From Chrysomallon squamiferum (lineage: Eukaryota > Animalia > Mollusca), in contig CM022679.1 in the NCBI GenBank assembly GCA_012295275.1, forward strand, positions 12,214,001 to 12,278,000: a DNA stretch of 64,000 bases. The letters run 5' to 3'. Positions 24,910-41,105 of the stretch are shown one piece after another. The position numbers were made by a program, and so were the translations under genes. Under the pieces are notes generated by a model. It was not told the DNA's origin and made no database searches. It worked only from the letters and a program-made list of their open reading frames with translations. How positions within the stretch are numbered: position 1 is the stretch's first letter; each line of letters starts with the position of its first letter.

Positions 24910-25491
24910 GCATTCCAACTCAGTTAACAAAAATAATTTTTTTTAAATGCAATCTGTATGTGTGTTTGTTTTCATATGTTCGTAATGCCCTTATATCACT
25001 AGAAATTTTATATGTTATGTCTATTTAATGTGTAAACAAGGAATCATATATACAAAAAAGTATTTGCTTAAATTCTGTATAGTAACATTTGATTCAGCGA
25101 CGACTGTCACAGGACATTACCATTTGTACTGAAACTGATTACTTATTTGCGATAATATTGATACAACCTTGAATGCGTGCAAAAACAAAGAGAAAAAGCC
25201 AGGGACTGTTAGCATGCTGTACCTCCTGTACTTTGTTTAGCACAAGACTGATACGTGATGTCACATACAAGTTACTCTTGGCAGAGGTTTAATGGTGTTT
25301 ACTTATTGACGACAGTTACTTACCTCCTAATGGAGGATAAATGATTGGAAAAACGTACCACCATTACGAAATTAAGTAACCATTGTTAACATTTACATGG
25401 GATCAGGATTTGCAAATATGTATGAGTGATTCTCTCCACAGTGTTTATTTTGTGTGTAATCTAAACGCCCGTGCTCTACATTTATGATGTC

Positions 25492-25525
25492 CTGGAGGTC
25501 GTGAGTTCAATCCCCGTAAATGGAC
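25492..25525 (+). other. tRNA/SINE-like B-box fragment
   Basis: ggaggtcgtgagttcaatccccg matches the T-arm of the tRNA-Thr copies. No intact 5' half. Confidence 0.35.
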
Positions 25526-26367
25526 TTATTATAGGGAAAAAAATATATGTCAGTATGTCTAAATGTATTTAAATGACTAACTCCAGACAGGAATTTTTCT
25601 GAAACAAGATAATATTTACTCACATTTCGTATCCAATAGACTTTCTTGAACTTTTATCGTGTGTAGTTAATAAAATAGATGTATGTATGTCGAAGTTTAA
25701 TGGATAGGACCATTCAAATTTAAAACAACTGGACATCAAACTAGAAAAAGCATTATGCAAAGAGTTACTTAAAGCCGTTCAGATTAGATATTAAATTAAT
25801 ATTGTTATGTACAGTTTCAGAAATAAAGTCTCATTTGTAAAGATAAACGGTTATTAAAAACATATTTATTTTACTTTTTAGTTTTCGTAGTTAAAACAAA
25901 GAAAATATCATTTATTGTCTTTTTTGCTATAGAAGCTTGGTCGAGACATCTGACACTGATCACTCGAGGTGTGAATGTTTGTGAAACTGAGTTATTGTGT
26001 GAAATAAAGTGAACTATATGCCTTTATGTAATTCCCCGCTGATGCTAAACCGTATCACCGGTTTTGTTCGGATTATGGCAGGTACATTCGATGGAACCTG
26101 TAAATTACTGTAATCATTACTTCTAAAGAACTGCCTGGAACAATATACTCATTTAGCAGTATGTGGAGTCTTTGATCTTATTCGTGAAAAGAAAAATTTT
26201 ACAAACAATAGAAGAAACATAGACGTTAATTAAATAGAAATTTGCAGATATTCACCTAAATGTGTTTTTATCTTCTTGTATTTTAACATGTATTTTTTTT
26301 TTATTCATAACTGTTTTAACGTGTAATACATACACAAAAGAGATTTTAACTCAACAACAATTATTAA

Positions 26368-26466
<99 letters not shown>

Positions 26467-26515
26467 TATTATTATTATTATTAGTAGTAGTAGTATTATT
26501 GTCATCATCATCATC
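26368..26515. repeat. Compound microsatellite (ATT)n(ATC)n(ATT)n(AGT)n(ATC)n
   Basis: Seen directly. Confidence 0.95.
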
Positions 26516-29063
26516 ACATCATATTATTTCATCATGAAAATGTATTTATGGTGCCCATCCCTTCCTTTTCTCTAATCCTAGAACCGCTCTGTTACGGTAA
26601 CATTTTCTACATGGGAAAAAAAGATTGTACTTTGTACTGTTTGTTAATATAATTCACAAGTGCTGAGATTTATACTTTAACTACTTATGAAGGTTTCAGT
26701 AAAATATGATCGAAACCATAGCGGCAAAAAGCGATAAAATCCGTTATGATAAATACCACCAGATTTAATTTCTATTTTATGCAGGACTTCTTTTTGTCAC
26801 TTTCCTTTGCTAAATGTGTTCTTATTCATGAATATGTAATAGATATAAGCGGTGGAGTTCGAGTAAGCTCTGTGTCTTTTTATATTTAGCTCTACAATCA
26901 AACAAAAAGCTTTTGAGTATTGCATAATATCACATTTAAATGTCGCTATTGAAATCAGTTGAGGGCTGTCAACCGATTTTTGAAAGTACTCGAATTTCCA
27001 AACACTTCAGTTATTTTATACGCAGTTGTGAGTTATCAGATGTTTTCAAACCACAAGTTTAATTTATGTTGTAACAAATAATCTGTGCCACCTATACGTA
27101 TAAAATGATCTAGTTGAAATAGTATATGTGCATGTCGTATGTTTATTTATTTGTCTATCTGTGTATGTTTAAAACTCTTCGGGAATGTCAGATCACTAGA
27201 ATATAAAAAAAGAATAAAAATGATATAATCAGTAAGAAACAAATCAATAAATAAAATAAATAAATAAACAAAAAACAAAGGAAATGTCTTTTGTTTGACA
27301 GGCCAGTGTAATAACATTTTTTATTGTTATTGTTGTTGTTAATAACCATTGTCCATCAATCTATAATTCATGTAATGAAGCCACTGATTTTGTTTGAAGT
27401 TTTTGCTAAAACAACCTCAGGCTGACTTATCCTGATATCACCAAACACTAAAGTGTGAGGAGAGGATGAACATAAAAATACACGATCACAACAATTACAG
27501 ATTTACCTACTTATGTGTTTGTATTTGTGTATTTTTAAGCGTATATATTTTTATATATGTTTGTCTGTGTACGTGTGTATATTTCTGTGTGTTTCAGACT
27601 GTTTCAAAACTGAACTAAATTTATCTTTCAGCATACAGATATAGTATTAGTAGGTGGTGGCTTCACTCTTCACTGGTTCAAAAGCTGATCTGTGAGATGT
27701 TAACCAAACTTGTTCTTGAAGATGAAAAGTTTAACGCAAATAAGATCTCTTTGATAAAATCAGCAGAACCTACTAAAATACAAGCTGAAATCTAATTTGA
27801 GAAAATAATCTATCTTCGCATCAAATGCAGTAGGAAGCGTATTAGACATTCTGTTTGTGTTCTCATTAGCAACCGATCACTGACTGCGATATAAACACCG
27901 TAACCTTTCCTGGAAATGTTATATAATTATTGCTAAAAGAAATGAAAGGCTTTAATGAACACAAGCCTTTTTCTTCTCTAATTATTTTGTTTAAGATAAA
28001 AGAGACTCCATTATTGTCAAATTACAGTAGTCTCTAAAATTATCAAACATTATAAATTTCTAGTAAAAAAAAAATGTCAAACATTATAGCATATAATAAC
28101 ATATTTAAAAAAATGGAATATATATGTCAAACAATTTTAAAAATCTAAAAAAAAGAAAATTATATTATAATTATCTTCTTTTTTTCCGAAAAATTTTTGG
28201 TTTTTTAATTTATATATATATACTCTTTTTAGACTTTTTATAAAGAATTTGAATATTCATAATAATATAATAGTCTATAAATGAAGGGTCCAACAACCAC
28301 AATATAACAACAACAAACAACAATAATCCCATCAAAAAACCCCACCCCAAAACAAACAAACAACAAAAAGCATTTATAAGTTTAGCATTAACAAAACCAT
28401 TATTTTCTATTATTCCATAACATTCTTGTCGTGACACATTTTGTGATATGTTTCTCTCCCATTTCAACAACCATAATAACAGGCACGTATATTTATACAT
28501 TTCTTTTCAAGAAGAATAAAAATTTCAAACACATGCTGATTCATGCTTTTACATTTTACATTGATAATGAGGCTTACATAAATACTGTATTTAAACTCGT
28601 ACAGTATGAGTTACATAGCACACCGGTCAATGGCTTATTTTTATATGCTATTATATATATTTATTTTATATATATACTATAAAATGCTCGTCTGCGATTT
28701 ATTTTTTATATAGCGTATAAATAAGAAACATAACTACTAGATCAAAGATGTCGCCATATTTTCACAGACAAGAAATCGTGAAGTTGTCAGACCAGATGTA
28801 GAGATGTCTGGGTGGAAATAAGTGCTATTTAGAACTGATATTGTTTTGCTGCTTGAGTAAGATCGGAAGATAAAAATGAAGATAATATATAGCTGCATAA
28901 AAGGAATTGTGTTAATGATTTTTATTTATTTTTTTCTCTGGGCGTTTTGTAGAGGTCTTTTTTTATTTCTTTTTTTTTTCTCTTTTCCATCATTTTTTTC
29001 TTCATTTCTTTATGCTTTCATCCTTTGCTTATATCTATTACTCTGTCATCTCTCTATCCATCC

Positions 29064-29158
<95 letters not shown>
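29064..29158. repeat. (TCTA)n(TCTG)n microsatellite
   Basis: Seen directly. Explains ORFs 28876..29367, 29012..29200 and 29025..29264. Confidence 0.95.
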
Positions 29159-29159
<1 letters not shown>

Positions 29160-29865
29160 TTCTCTGTGTCTGGCTGTCTGTCTGCCTATCCATCTATTAA
29201 TATATCTCCCTGTCTGTATGTCTGTCTATCTGTTTATCAGTATGTCAGTCTCTTTATCTATTAGTTTTTATATTTATCTGTCTGTTTCTATAACTAATTT
29301 AGCATTTTCTAAAAAAAAAAATGTTATTTCCCTTGTTTTCTTTCTTTTATTGTTTCCTAGCAAGTAGAAACTACAACATTTTCACAAAAATCGCAAGACA
29401 GAAGGTTTTACTTTGCAGGTGAAAAGCTTTCGACTGATCTACATACTACACCTGAAAGACGGAATAGTTTTCTAATAGGATGCACACCAACAGTGGAAAA
29501 ATGTCTGCCGTGAAAACTCGCTATTAAACAAAATATCGTGACAGATGTAAGAAATTTCAGTCCCAGTCTGAACAAACAAAACATTATTTGATCTAAAATT
29601 ACACAAAACGTTTTAGACATCTGTGAAATGTACCGTGAATTGCTTTGAAAAAACAAAGAAATTTATGATTTGAAAAGAGACATAAAATAACATTAATTCA
29701 TAATAAAACGGCTCTATTGCTGTCTGAGTAAATTATAAAACGTATTCAGTGAATATAATAATATTATATTAAGACACCAGTTTTGATGATGCAGAAAGAG
29801 AGAAGACTGTTCAGTTAAATATTCATTTACATACACAGCTTATACACACATACATACATATGTAC

Positions 29866-29989
<124 letters not shown>

Positions 29990-30464
29990 GAAATGAGAAA
30001 CCTATTTGATATAATTATGCATAACAAATTATTACATGACAAATTCGCTCGTTATGAATAAAACATTTCCAAGAACAATGACGATCTTAAAATAAAATTG
30101 TTTTAATTTATCTCATGCTAGAAAATAAAGAATTGTACATGCTCTGGACATTTTCCCACAACCCACCCAAAATTCAGCACGTCAGACTGGAGACAAAACG
30201 CATTACCCAACAGCAAACACTGAATAGTTTCACGTTGAAACTTCACTCTGTGGATTGTTTATTTTAATTTTTTGTGAGTACGCCTGAGTTAAGCGAAAAA
30301 GATGCTGAAGAGAAGGGAATGTAAAATAATGGGGGAAAAAATATATATATGAAGTTCAGCTATTATTACACAGCTTATAAACAATATATTCAACAAATAA
30401 AGAAACAAATAATTAAACTAAATAAAATGAGAAACAACAACAAAAAAAAAAAAAAAAAAAAAAA

Positions 30465-30507
<43 letters not shown>

Positions 30508-30552
30508 TTAATAATAATAATAAAATAAAAAATAAATAAAAATAATGAAAAA

Positions 30553-30587
<35 letters not shown>

Positions 30588-31235
30588 TAAACAAATAAAT
30601 AAAACACTCCCAAAATGTAAATTGTCAGATGGGGTAGTTTCACAGTGCACACTTACTGCACATTCCATAAAAAAACCTTTCTCCGTAATATAATTATTCC
30701 AGTATAATGTTCCTACAAATAATTCATATAATTATACATGCATTTAACCGTATTCTTATCACCGCATATCTCTTTGAAAAAAAAAACCCAACAGATAATC
30801 TCTGTAGTAACAAACACCTATTACCAGAACAAAACGTGTCAACAAAAATGAAAACATAATTGTATAATGACTTCCTAGACTTCTTTCATCTCTATGGTAA
30901 CCACCGCAATTACCAAGAACGGAAAACTGACCTTTCTGTGTTATCACTTGGGCGTTATCACCGAAACATCCACGCCAGCCATAACCAAGTGGGCTGGGAT
31001 CTTCAATAAAAATCAAATAATAACCATTCAGCCTCGTCCAGTGAATGCATTGTCCAGAAACGCCCTAGGGGTCACTGGTCCTTCAGAGTTAATGTAAGTT
31101 TTATGCACTGCCCGATACATCGTAAAATTTATCTCAAGGTTGTGTTCGCTTTGTTCGAAAGTCTTGTGTCGTGGTTCGACCATCGGCAGCTTTGTCACTC
31201 AGATAAACTGTCAGACAGACAATCTAACACGTGTA

Positions 31236-31485
31236 AATTGTTAACAGACGTTAAAGTGAGAAGGAAGTTAATTAACAAGTAAATTTTGTGAAACTGTTTA
31301 ATTAACAAGTAAAATAATTGAATTGTGTAAAAAAAAGTTTAATTGTGAAGGGGGTTAATTAGCAGAGAAAATATCAAAGAGGTTAGTTAGCAGGTTAAAA
31401 ATGAGAAGGAAGTTAATTAGCGGATACAAAGTAACGAGAAAGAGGTTAATTAACAGGTTAATTGTGAGACAGGTAACTGCAGGTA
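31236..31485. repeat. Degenerate ~28-30-bp tandem repeat with a GTTAATTA(A/G)CAG core
   Basis: The unit gagaaggaagttaattaacaagtaaa and its variants recur about 7-8 times. Confidence 0.75.
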
Positions 31486-31549
31486 GAGGAATTTCATGGA
31501 GTTTGTAATTGTTTCAGTATCATGAAGCGTTGAAAAACAAATAATACAA

Positions 31550-31624
<75 letters not shown>

Positions 31625-33144
31625 TTTTGTAAAGTTAATAATTATATTTGAACATTTTGTATGTTATATTATATTGTATCGTATTATTTTTTTTAATCTA
31701 TTTTATGAAATGTTCGTTTAAAAAATATCATTTATGTTTTCAGCACAATAAATGATTTTTTTTAAATTTTAGTACCGTTTTATCGTTTATATAAAATATT
31801 TGTAATGAATACATTACAAATAATACATTTATTTTGCTCGTTTGATGAAATTAATTTTTTCCCGTTCACAGATAGCTCCAATACAATGTAAGACAGAACA
31901 GTTTAATGTTCCTATAAAAATGCTATTCCTTTTATTGTCCATGGTCCTGACTTGTTTCAAAACATTTAACAACCGGGCAAGGTTTAACATACTGATATAA
32001 AATTATTAAAAAAAAGAAAGGAAAAAATAAACAAAATATTATTGGTTGTCTCTATTCATTTTACTGGTCACGAACTTGGCCTGTTTGAAAATGTTCCATA
32101 TGCGGGCGAAAATAAGCTCTTAAATTTAACAAACTGAAATATGAAAATAAAATTTGCTGCTGTACTTTTATGCCAATAACACACAGTGTCATATGTAAAG
32201 TGAGTCAGTAGTGAAACACTAGAAATGTTTTATAGCTAATTTATTTTACGACCGCGGATAAAATAGAGAACAATGGAAAACCTGCCCGTCTCAGGTAAGA
32301 TGATAAACCTGAAACTATACCTCCCATTAGAAAAAATTAAATTAAATTAAATTAAATAAATAAATTTAAAAAAAAAAAAAATTTTTTTTTTTTTTCTTCT
32401 CTCTCTTTCTCTCTCGGTCTTATACCTTTTTTTTTTTTTTTTTTTTTTTTTAGCAGCCAGTGAATGACGCCAATCTTTAAGGAAAAAAAAAAAAAAAAAA
32501 AAGAAGGTTCGCCCTGGGGCATAATCAATAGGGTCTGTTGACACCCACAAGGCCACATTTTTGTTAACACCTGAATAATTTTAAGTAATCCCACTTCAAG
32601 TAAATTTGACATTCAAGTTCCACCTTTCTAACGTACCTGAATTCTTGTATATCGGTGGGGACGTTAAACCAACCACTAAATCCCGGACAGAAGATTTTTT
32701 TATTTATAACGTGACTTTACGTTGTTTTTGTTATTCTGGTTATTTTCTTTCTAACCACCAATCGTTTCTTTACCATAGCTACAACTAACCGAATCGTTTG
32801 CCTCTTAATGTTGAGTTTTAGAAAATAATATTTAGTATATTTCGAAAAAAAAATGTAGAAAAGAAAATTTTCTTGAAAGTGGTTAACATCAGTTTTGAAC
32901 GTGATCCGGAAGTCAATAATGAATCCAGCACCTGCCAGTAATTATTACATGTGTTTTACTTTGCCCATTTGATGAGAATTAAATTAATTTTCGTTTCAGT
33001 TTACAAACAGAATGACTAAAAAGCACGAGAATGACAGAGAACAGAGAATATTCATTAAATAATATTTCGTTTCAACACACACATATATAGTTGCATTTTA
33101 CATTCAAACAGACTACTGCATACATACATCGTACTATCATACAT

Positions 33145-33180
<36 letters not shown>

Positions 33181-33796
33181 TTTAATTTTGTTTGCGTCAC
33201 AACAGCTTCTTCCTTGTCCACTGGTAAACAAAGTATCAAGTTGACTGGTTTCAGTTCTCAAGCTTAAACTTTGAGAGTAAGAAACAGCTGAATATAACTC
33301 AGATCTATTTACTCAAATATCTGAACACAGTTCATTACATTACGTTTAAAGCTTTTCCTCTAGATCTCTTACTTCAACTAACGCAATAAAAACACTTCTC
33401 TTATTACGCTGTATAAGACGTCAAGCACATAGTCCTTTTTAAAAGGTGGTAAGGTAGGGCAGCAGAATCTAGAAAGTTATACTCAATACTATCTTTGTTT
33501 TCTGAAATGGTGGATCCGTCCCTGCTATCATCTGCAGCAATAAAGACTGACACATTTTCAAAGGATTTCTTTCGCAGTTTCATCACGATGGACACATTCT
33601 TTAATTTTATTTCAAAGGATTCCAGCTGACATAAAATACACCATAGTGAGTCTAGGAGTCAACAATAATCTTACACATTCATCTGAATAAGAAGTAAACA
33701 ATTTATTTTTGAAAGAGGAAGGGAGTCACCGGCATGTAGATAAAATTGTAGCTGACGCTTACAGTGGATAGAGGAAACAAAGACACGTATACATAC

Positions 33797-33829
<33 letters not shown>

Positions 33830-33868
33830 CTTATACAGAGAAACAAACACAGAGAGACAAACAGGCAC

Positions 33869-33961
<93 letters not shown>

Positions 33962-35821
33962 CAAAGACATACACGTACATACGTGCTGTCAGTTTTAGGA
34001 TACTTTTGACTTCCCCTATTTTTCAAAACATTTTTATAATCGAGCATTACACAAATGCAAGTAAATTAAATTAGCTGACAAAAAAAAGAAGTTAACGAAA
34101 CAAAAAAGAACTTGATTGCTGTGTTTTCTACCAGCGACAAATAAAAATGAGTCAGACGCGGAGCAATAAATAAATATTGTAATAAAAAACGAGATATAGG
34201 AATTTTTATAGACTATAAGATAAAAATAAATAACTAACATTTCGTACTTCATTAGGTTTTCATTACAAAATATTTGTACTCCACAAACGAGAACTAATTA
34301 CATAGCTGTTGCTAAACACAAAATAAAAAAATATAAAGCTCAGTTTTCCCATTAACAGAGAATGTACGAACGATCAAACGTTGACAAAAAATTACACCCA
34401 GGAAATAAACTGCGTATTAAAAATACCAGTTTAACATCTGTTAAACGGTGTGAAACATCGTGCATTTTTTTTTTCCCCTTTCACGCTCTGCCTTCCAAAT
34501 AAAAAGGTTCGGTCGTAACAGCCTGTTAGTGCCATTATGCTTTGGAATGCTGGTCGATCATTGCCTTAGTAGGTTATATGGTCTACCATTGAATGAATGG
34601 GTGTATAAGGACACCACAGTTCAGGAATATAATGTGGTCTGTTTGGGTGTCGAACAAAGGTAAACTGCTTTACAATAAAAACTATATCAACGAATTCAGG
34701 ATTTGTTACTAGTGTGTTCTTAAAGTGCTAAAATGATTTTACTAAATGGTATCTTGTTTTAAGAATGTAAATTCTGAAACTGGTACAAGACTAGCAATTT
34801 ATGAATAACCGTGTGCCAAGACATTTTGAAACGTTGGATTATCGTTATTGTAATTTTACAACAACAACAACAAATGCAGTAATAATAAGAAGAAATAAAA
34901 CTGACTAATTATATATTAACTACTTATTGACTATAAAACATATTAGTTGCAGTGACTAATCACGTTTAGATCAAAACTGTGTGACAGTCATCATTCAATT
35001 ATTGTATCAAAACAGCCCCAAAGCTGTCTACAAACTAGGACATGATGACGCAGGTTTTGCTTATTTCACTATAGAAAATATGAAGCGTTTCGAAAAAAGT
35101 TTGTTTGTAGCACTTCTTGTGTAACTTACTGAAATTTTGTACCCGACCGTCACCCTACACTTGGCTATTGTTTACCGCACAAAGACAGCATTCTTCACAT
35201 CTTCGCCACACTACCATTTCGTATCACCTTTGTTCATTTGGTGTGGATGAGTTCAAGGGGTGTAGCTAACGACAATTGACAGATGGGGCATTTGTATGCC
35301 CTGGATAAGTAAACACATTCTCAGTGATGGTGTTACCACCAAGTCCGCCAAGACTGTGAGTTCTGAGGTCGCGAGGCTGCACGTTTTCGTTAGTCACAGA
35401 TGGTTTTGGTTTTGGAATTTACAACAGAACTGTCAAAACTAATTACAAGAGATAGTAAACTTGTCCTTAAAAAAATGAAAACAAATGACAGAGAATGACA
35501 GACAATTAGAAATTTATATATAATACATAGCTATATAGATAGATAGCTATATAGATAGATACATAGATACATAGAACACAGAGAGTCAGAGAGAGTCAGA
35601 GAGAGAGAGAGAGATCCAATAGAGGTTTTAGAAATACCTGTCGAAGATACTGATAAGCTCAGAGCAGTAACAAAATAAGAACAGCAAAATAATAATAATA
35701 ACAATAAAATATACCTTTTAATATAATTGTGCGTTATGTCTATCAATGACATAAATAAAAAAAGGACTTTAAGGTAACTGGATTTTTACAGTTATATCCA
35801 TAATTATTTCAATTACAATCA

Positions 35822-35871
<50 letters not shown>

Positions 35872-35908
35872 TGATTATTATTATTATTTTATTATTATTA
35901 TTATTATT

Positions 35909-35939
<31 letters not shown>

Positions 35940-37305
35940 CCATCATATCGAAACCAGAGATCAAATAACCATTTCATTATCTGAACAAAAAGCAAATACA
36001 AGGCACAAGAACAATTTAAGAAGAAAATCTTGCAGGTTATTGGGGTCACTTTCTGGGTCAATATTCAAAACCAAAGGTACACAATCCTTGAGACTTCTTA
36101 ATATTTACACAGCACTGCAAACGTTACAAGAAAGTCTAATTTCATCAGCGTGCGAGATCGCGGCCATGTTTCCAAGCTACGCGGTAAACTGTTTCTGAAA
36201 AGGGCTAGCAAAGCGATTACAACCTAATTACAGATTTAAACAGTGTTTGCGATTCGGAGGGTTTTCAGTCCTCGTTTTGGGAGATTCTTTAAATACCGAA
36301 GTCAATAAATCTGTCAGATGGGATGCAACACAAAGCTTTCGTTACATCACAAATATTGAATGAGCGTTCTGAGAACACATTCGATACAAACGACCGTATT
36401 GTGAGTGTGACATTTTGGGGATTGTCTTTTCCTTTGATATTTAAAAAAAAAAAAAAAAAATGTTTAAAGTAATGAAACTAATTTTAGGAATGGCGAACGT
36501 TGAAAGACTGTATTGTAAAACAAAAATAATTATAAAAGAAATATATTAAAATGAACAATTATTATTATTATTATTATTATTTTTTTTTTTTTTTATTATT
36601 ATTATACGAGTAATATGTGTAAACTGTTAATAATAATCAACAATGAATATATATATTATATTACATTATATTATATTATATTATATTATATTATATTATA
36701 TAATTTCTTCGTCTTATTCTTTTTCTTTTTCTTTTTTTATTGCTAGTATCATTTTAACAAACGATATAAGAATATACCTACTTTAACGTCATAAAGTCTT
36801 CCGCCCCCTATGAAAAAAGTATACTTCGTGACAAATACTTAGTTGATTAACGTATTTAATTGCTCAGTCTGCTGATCTGAAAATGTTAGTAACGTCATCA
36901 ACCAAATCACCCGGACGATTTTTTGTTCTTAAATTACTAGTGACATCATTCAATTATTACGTCATCTAAAGTGTTTAACAATAACTACTTCCTTATTATT
37001 AATTTGTCATTCTAAATAAAGCATTACCTGTATTATACTTCTAATGCAGTTCAAATGGCTAACTGAGAGACGGCTTCAACACAAGGTAGACTGTCAAACT
37101 GTTGTCTGATATTTATATTACAGGTTGGTTTCAAAGTTCAGAAATTATGAGTGATTTGAATATATATATACACATATGTACACAAATGTACGCTAATATC
37201 TATATAAACATATGTGTGTGTGTGTGTGTGTTTGTTTGTTTACACACACATCCACGCATACATGCACACATACACACATGCATGCATCCAAACATATTTG
37301 CATAC

Positions 37306-37347
<42 letters not shown>

Positions 37348-38560
37348 TGTACATACAAACAAATAACAAAGCATTTATTATGTAGTTAGTATCATGAGCT
37401 AAAGAAATAAAAAAATCAATGATTCACGGTTAATATAAATTTTCATGTCATTTATTTTGTTCTAAGACACGCTGTAAATCTCTAGGGCACATATTAATGA
37501 AGGGAAATATAAGAAAAAAATAAATAAATAAAAATACATATTCCTAGGGAGATCGGGTGGCATCACTGTGGTGGGTATAAGTTACAAGGTAACATGAGTT
37601 TAATCACAGAGAGAAAACTGTAACCCAGCAGGTGCGACAGTTTAAATTTGCGGGCTCATTCTGAAAAACTATTCGAAATAATTACAAATCGTGATTTAGC
37701 TTTCCATACTTCTATCTGCCAGTAAATCATTTTTGTCGTTTATTAATCAACGATATACAGTTTGGTGTATAAGTTTAGGATATGAACAGAAGGTCACAAG
37801 GTTCACAAAATAAATTAAACCCCGGGTGGCAGTCACTGCAAAACGTGTGACTTCAGACCACCCCTTGTAAAACCAGTGTTTGAGTTCTGCTTTATGTGTT
37901 GCTGCCCCGTGCAGCACACAAAATAATATTATTACTTTTGTTACTGTTATTTTTTCTTGTTTAGAATATAAAGAAAATATGAAGTGTGACTGATACAACA
38001 GCTTTCTTTCGATCTACATTTTTAATGATTATTATTTTTTTTTTTTTACTATTTGTATTTTGAAAGTATGACTGAATTAATACGGTTTTAAAAAGAGAAT
38101 GAAAAAAAAAAATGAATAAAAAAGTGAGAAACAGAAAATGAAATATAACCATAACAAAAAAAAAAAAAAAAATAATAATAAAAAAAAAAAGAAAATTGAA
38201 AAATATTAAAAATAGCGAATGTATATCATTTACATATATTATAAAATAATAATATCATAACCACAATATTTTTACTGTATAAAAATGTTTTCTGAAATAT
38301 GTTTCAATTAGAGGTTATTGTTTAGAAACAAAATTGCATTTCCCGGTATATAATACCTACATTTTTAAATCGTTTTATTTTCACTTGTAATTTTTCCTAT
38401 TATTCGTGTGATTATTGATTAGAAAATACGTTGCTAAACCATCTGTTACCAAAAATACATTTACTTGATAATAATACGAAACAGGTAGAGCGCATGATAA
38501 TTATAAATTATAACTCAGTATACAGTTGGTATCGTATTACAGGAAGATTATTTACACACA

Positions 38561-38624
<64 letters not shown>

Positions 38625-41105
38625 TACATTCACATATACATTCATATTGTTTCACAAAATAATCATACACACACACACATACACACACACATTCACACAC
38701 ACACACATATTGTTTCATAAAACACACACACATACATAACTCATACGTAAATCGTTTAATAATCAGTCATGTTTTATTTGTCTATTTTTATCTTTTTGAA
38801 TTCAAAATTACATTAAAAATATAGAATTAAAATCTAATTTAACAGCATTACATATTAGCACGTAGATGATATTTAAAAATACTCATACAGGCGGTTTATT
38901 TCAAATTATGTTACAATGAACATACCAGTGATAACTTTCAGTAACCGTTTTAGTTTCAGGTTTTTTTACTATCGGCCTACACTTTGTAATATTTCATCAT
39001 AAGCATGTGAGTATTACCAAACCTGACAACACAGCATAACACTTCGGTGATATGTTTATATAATTATATATAATAACTACATCATACAATTTGTATTACG
39101 TGAACCATTAATCAACTTTGTTTTAGTGTTATTATCTATCGGCTTGCTTCAAAGTAGCGTTATATCAAAGGATATCAGTAATAATTATAAATATATACTT
39201 GATGCCAATGTTTAGAATCTAAACAATATCGCATTAAAATTGTTTAAAATATCTGCATTATTAATTTTCATTGTATTAAGTGAAACAAAAATAACAATAT
39301 ACCATTTTTAATCAACATATGATTAGTTTTACTGTCGGCCATAATATTACAAATAATAATTATAATACTTGACAACACTGTCCAGAATTATACATACTCA
39401 CTGTACAAAATGAGGAAGAATATATAACCTATAAGGTAAATTTCATTATTAATTTTGTAACTGTAATATGTTACGAAATTTTACTGTCATTAATCCACTT
39501 GATATTATATCACGTTCAAATACGACATTTAAAGCGATCAAATACAATGAACAGCAGTTGGTAATACTGCACGTTATTATATTAATGCACTTGTATTATT
39601 TTGTTAGAAAAATATATTAAGAATAATGGATAAAGTATTACTCTACCTTTACTTACTGACCCAAATACTGCGTATGACGACTATATTAAATGTGTTTTTT
39701 TTTCCTTCTTTTTTTTCCTCTTTTTTATCAGAACATTATTAAACTGATTTAGTAACGATTGCAGTTGTTGTTGAGTGGTTTTCCTTCTTTTTTACCTTTT
39801 TTTACCTGTTCTGGGGCGAGAGATGGGTTTTTGTTATTGCTTTTGTTGTTATTAATATTAATTTAATACTTTCACAAGTTAATGATTGATATGAAATAAT
39901 AGACTTTTAAGCCTTTATGCACACACACAGAGACACATCGGCAACATCGATTGTGTCCTAATTCGCTTACAGTACAAATATATAATTATAAATTAAACTT
40001 ATAATTAATATAATAAATAAGACAAATTTATGTTAAAAATATTTTATCGCGCGCACACACGCACACACACACACACAAACACACATCCACTTTAAACCAT
40101 TTTCTTAACAATTTAGTCATTTCCACAGCATTTTGCCAGATTACAATAATCCATTTTTTAATCATTCAGAAAGCAACTCAAGTTGAAAAAATTATGTAAG
40201 TCAAACACACTTATATCCAAACTGCCAATCACGCCCAAACTTGTTTCAACTACCAAGCCCGCTTATTCACTGGTATCAGGTAAAGTCATAAAATGACCCC
40301 TCAGTACACCTGTACAGTCAATATCTTTCCAAACTCAGGTGTCATTGTCCCTGGCATTCGCCAGGAGCAGTCGGCGACCAAATCAGAACAAAAGGTAACA
40401 GTTGTAAGCGTACCTCGAGGCCTGGTATATAAGCAGAACTTTGTAAAAAAATCAATTTAATCACAATTGATTGCAAAGGATGTAGTAAAAATGGAGATAA
40501 TATTGACAGACGCGGTTTGTATTTAGTGTGAGAAATTTAATACCGGTTGTGGGAAATATCAAAGTCACATGAATACTTAGTTCTAATACCGTTTTTTTTT
40601 ATTTAATAAAACGATTTGGAGAAAGGACAGGGTTTTCATTTGGAAATCAGAAATTTAATAGCGGTTGTGGAAATCAAAGTAATATCAGTGCTTATTCCTA
40701 ACATTTGCTTATTGAAATGCAACAAGGGAATAATATCAGTTGTATAATTGGGATTATTTTCTTAGCTTTAAAACTAATAATTTTAAAGCAATACATCAAC
40801 TAATAAGTTAAAATATTCTTGCTGCCTTATACTATACGGAGAGAGAATTATCTACGTATGTATGTATGTATGTATGTATGTATGTATGTATGTGTGTATG
40901 CAAAAGCCTTGTACTGAATATCAGTATAAATCACAGAATAATTATTATATTACTGCATTCTGTGCCCGTTTATTATACTAACACTTCGATTACACTGAGA
41001 AAAACAAAAAACATACAGAAAACCTCCTATCAGCAAAACAGCCACAACCGCTGTCCTTATAAACAGTAGACAACTAAACAAACTAATAATTTAGTAAACG
41101 CTTAC

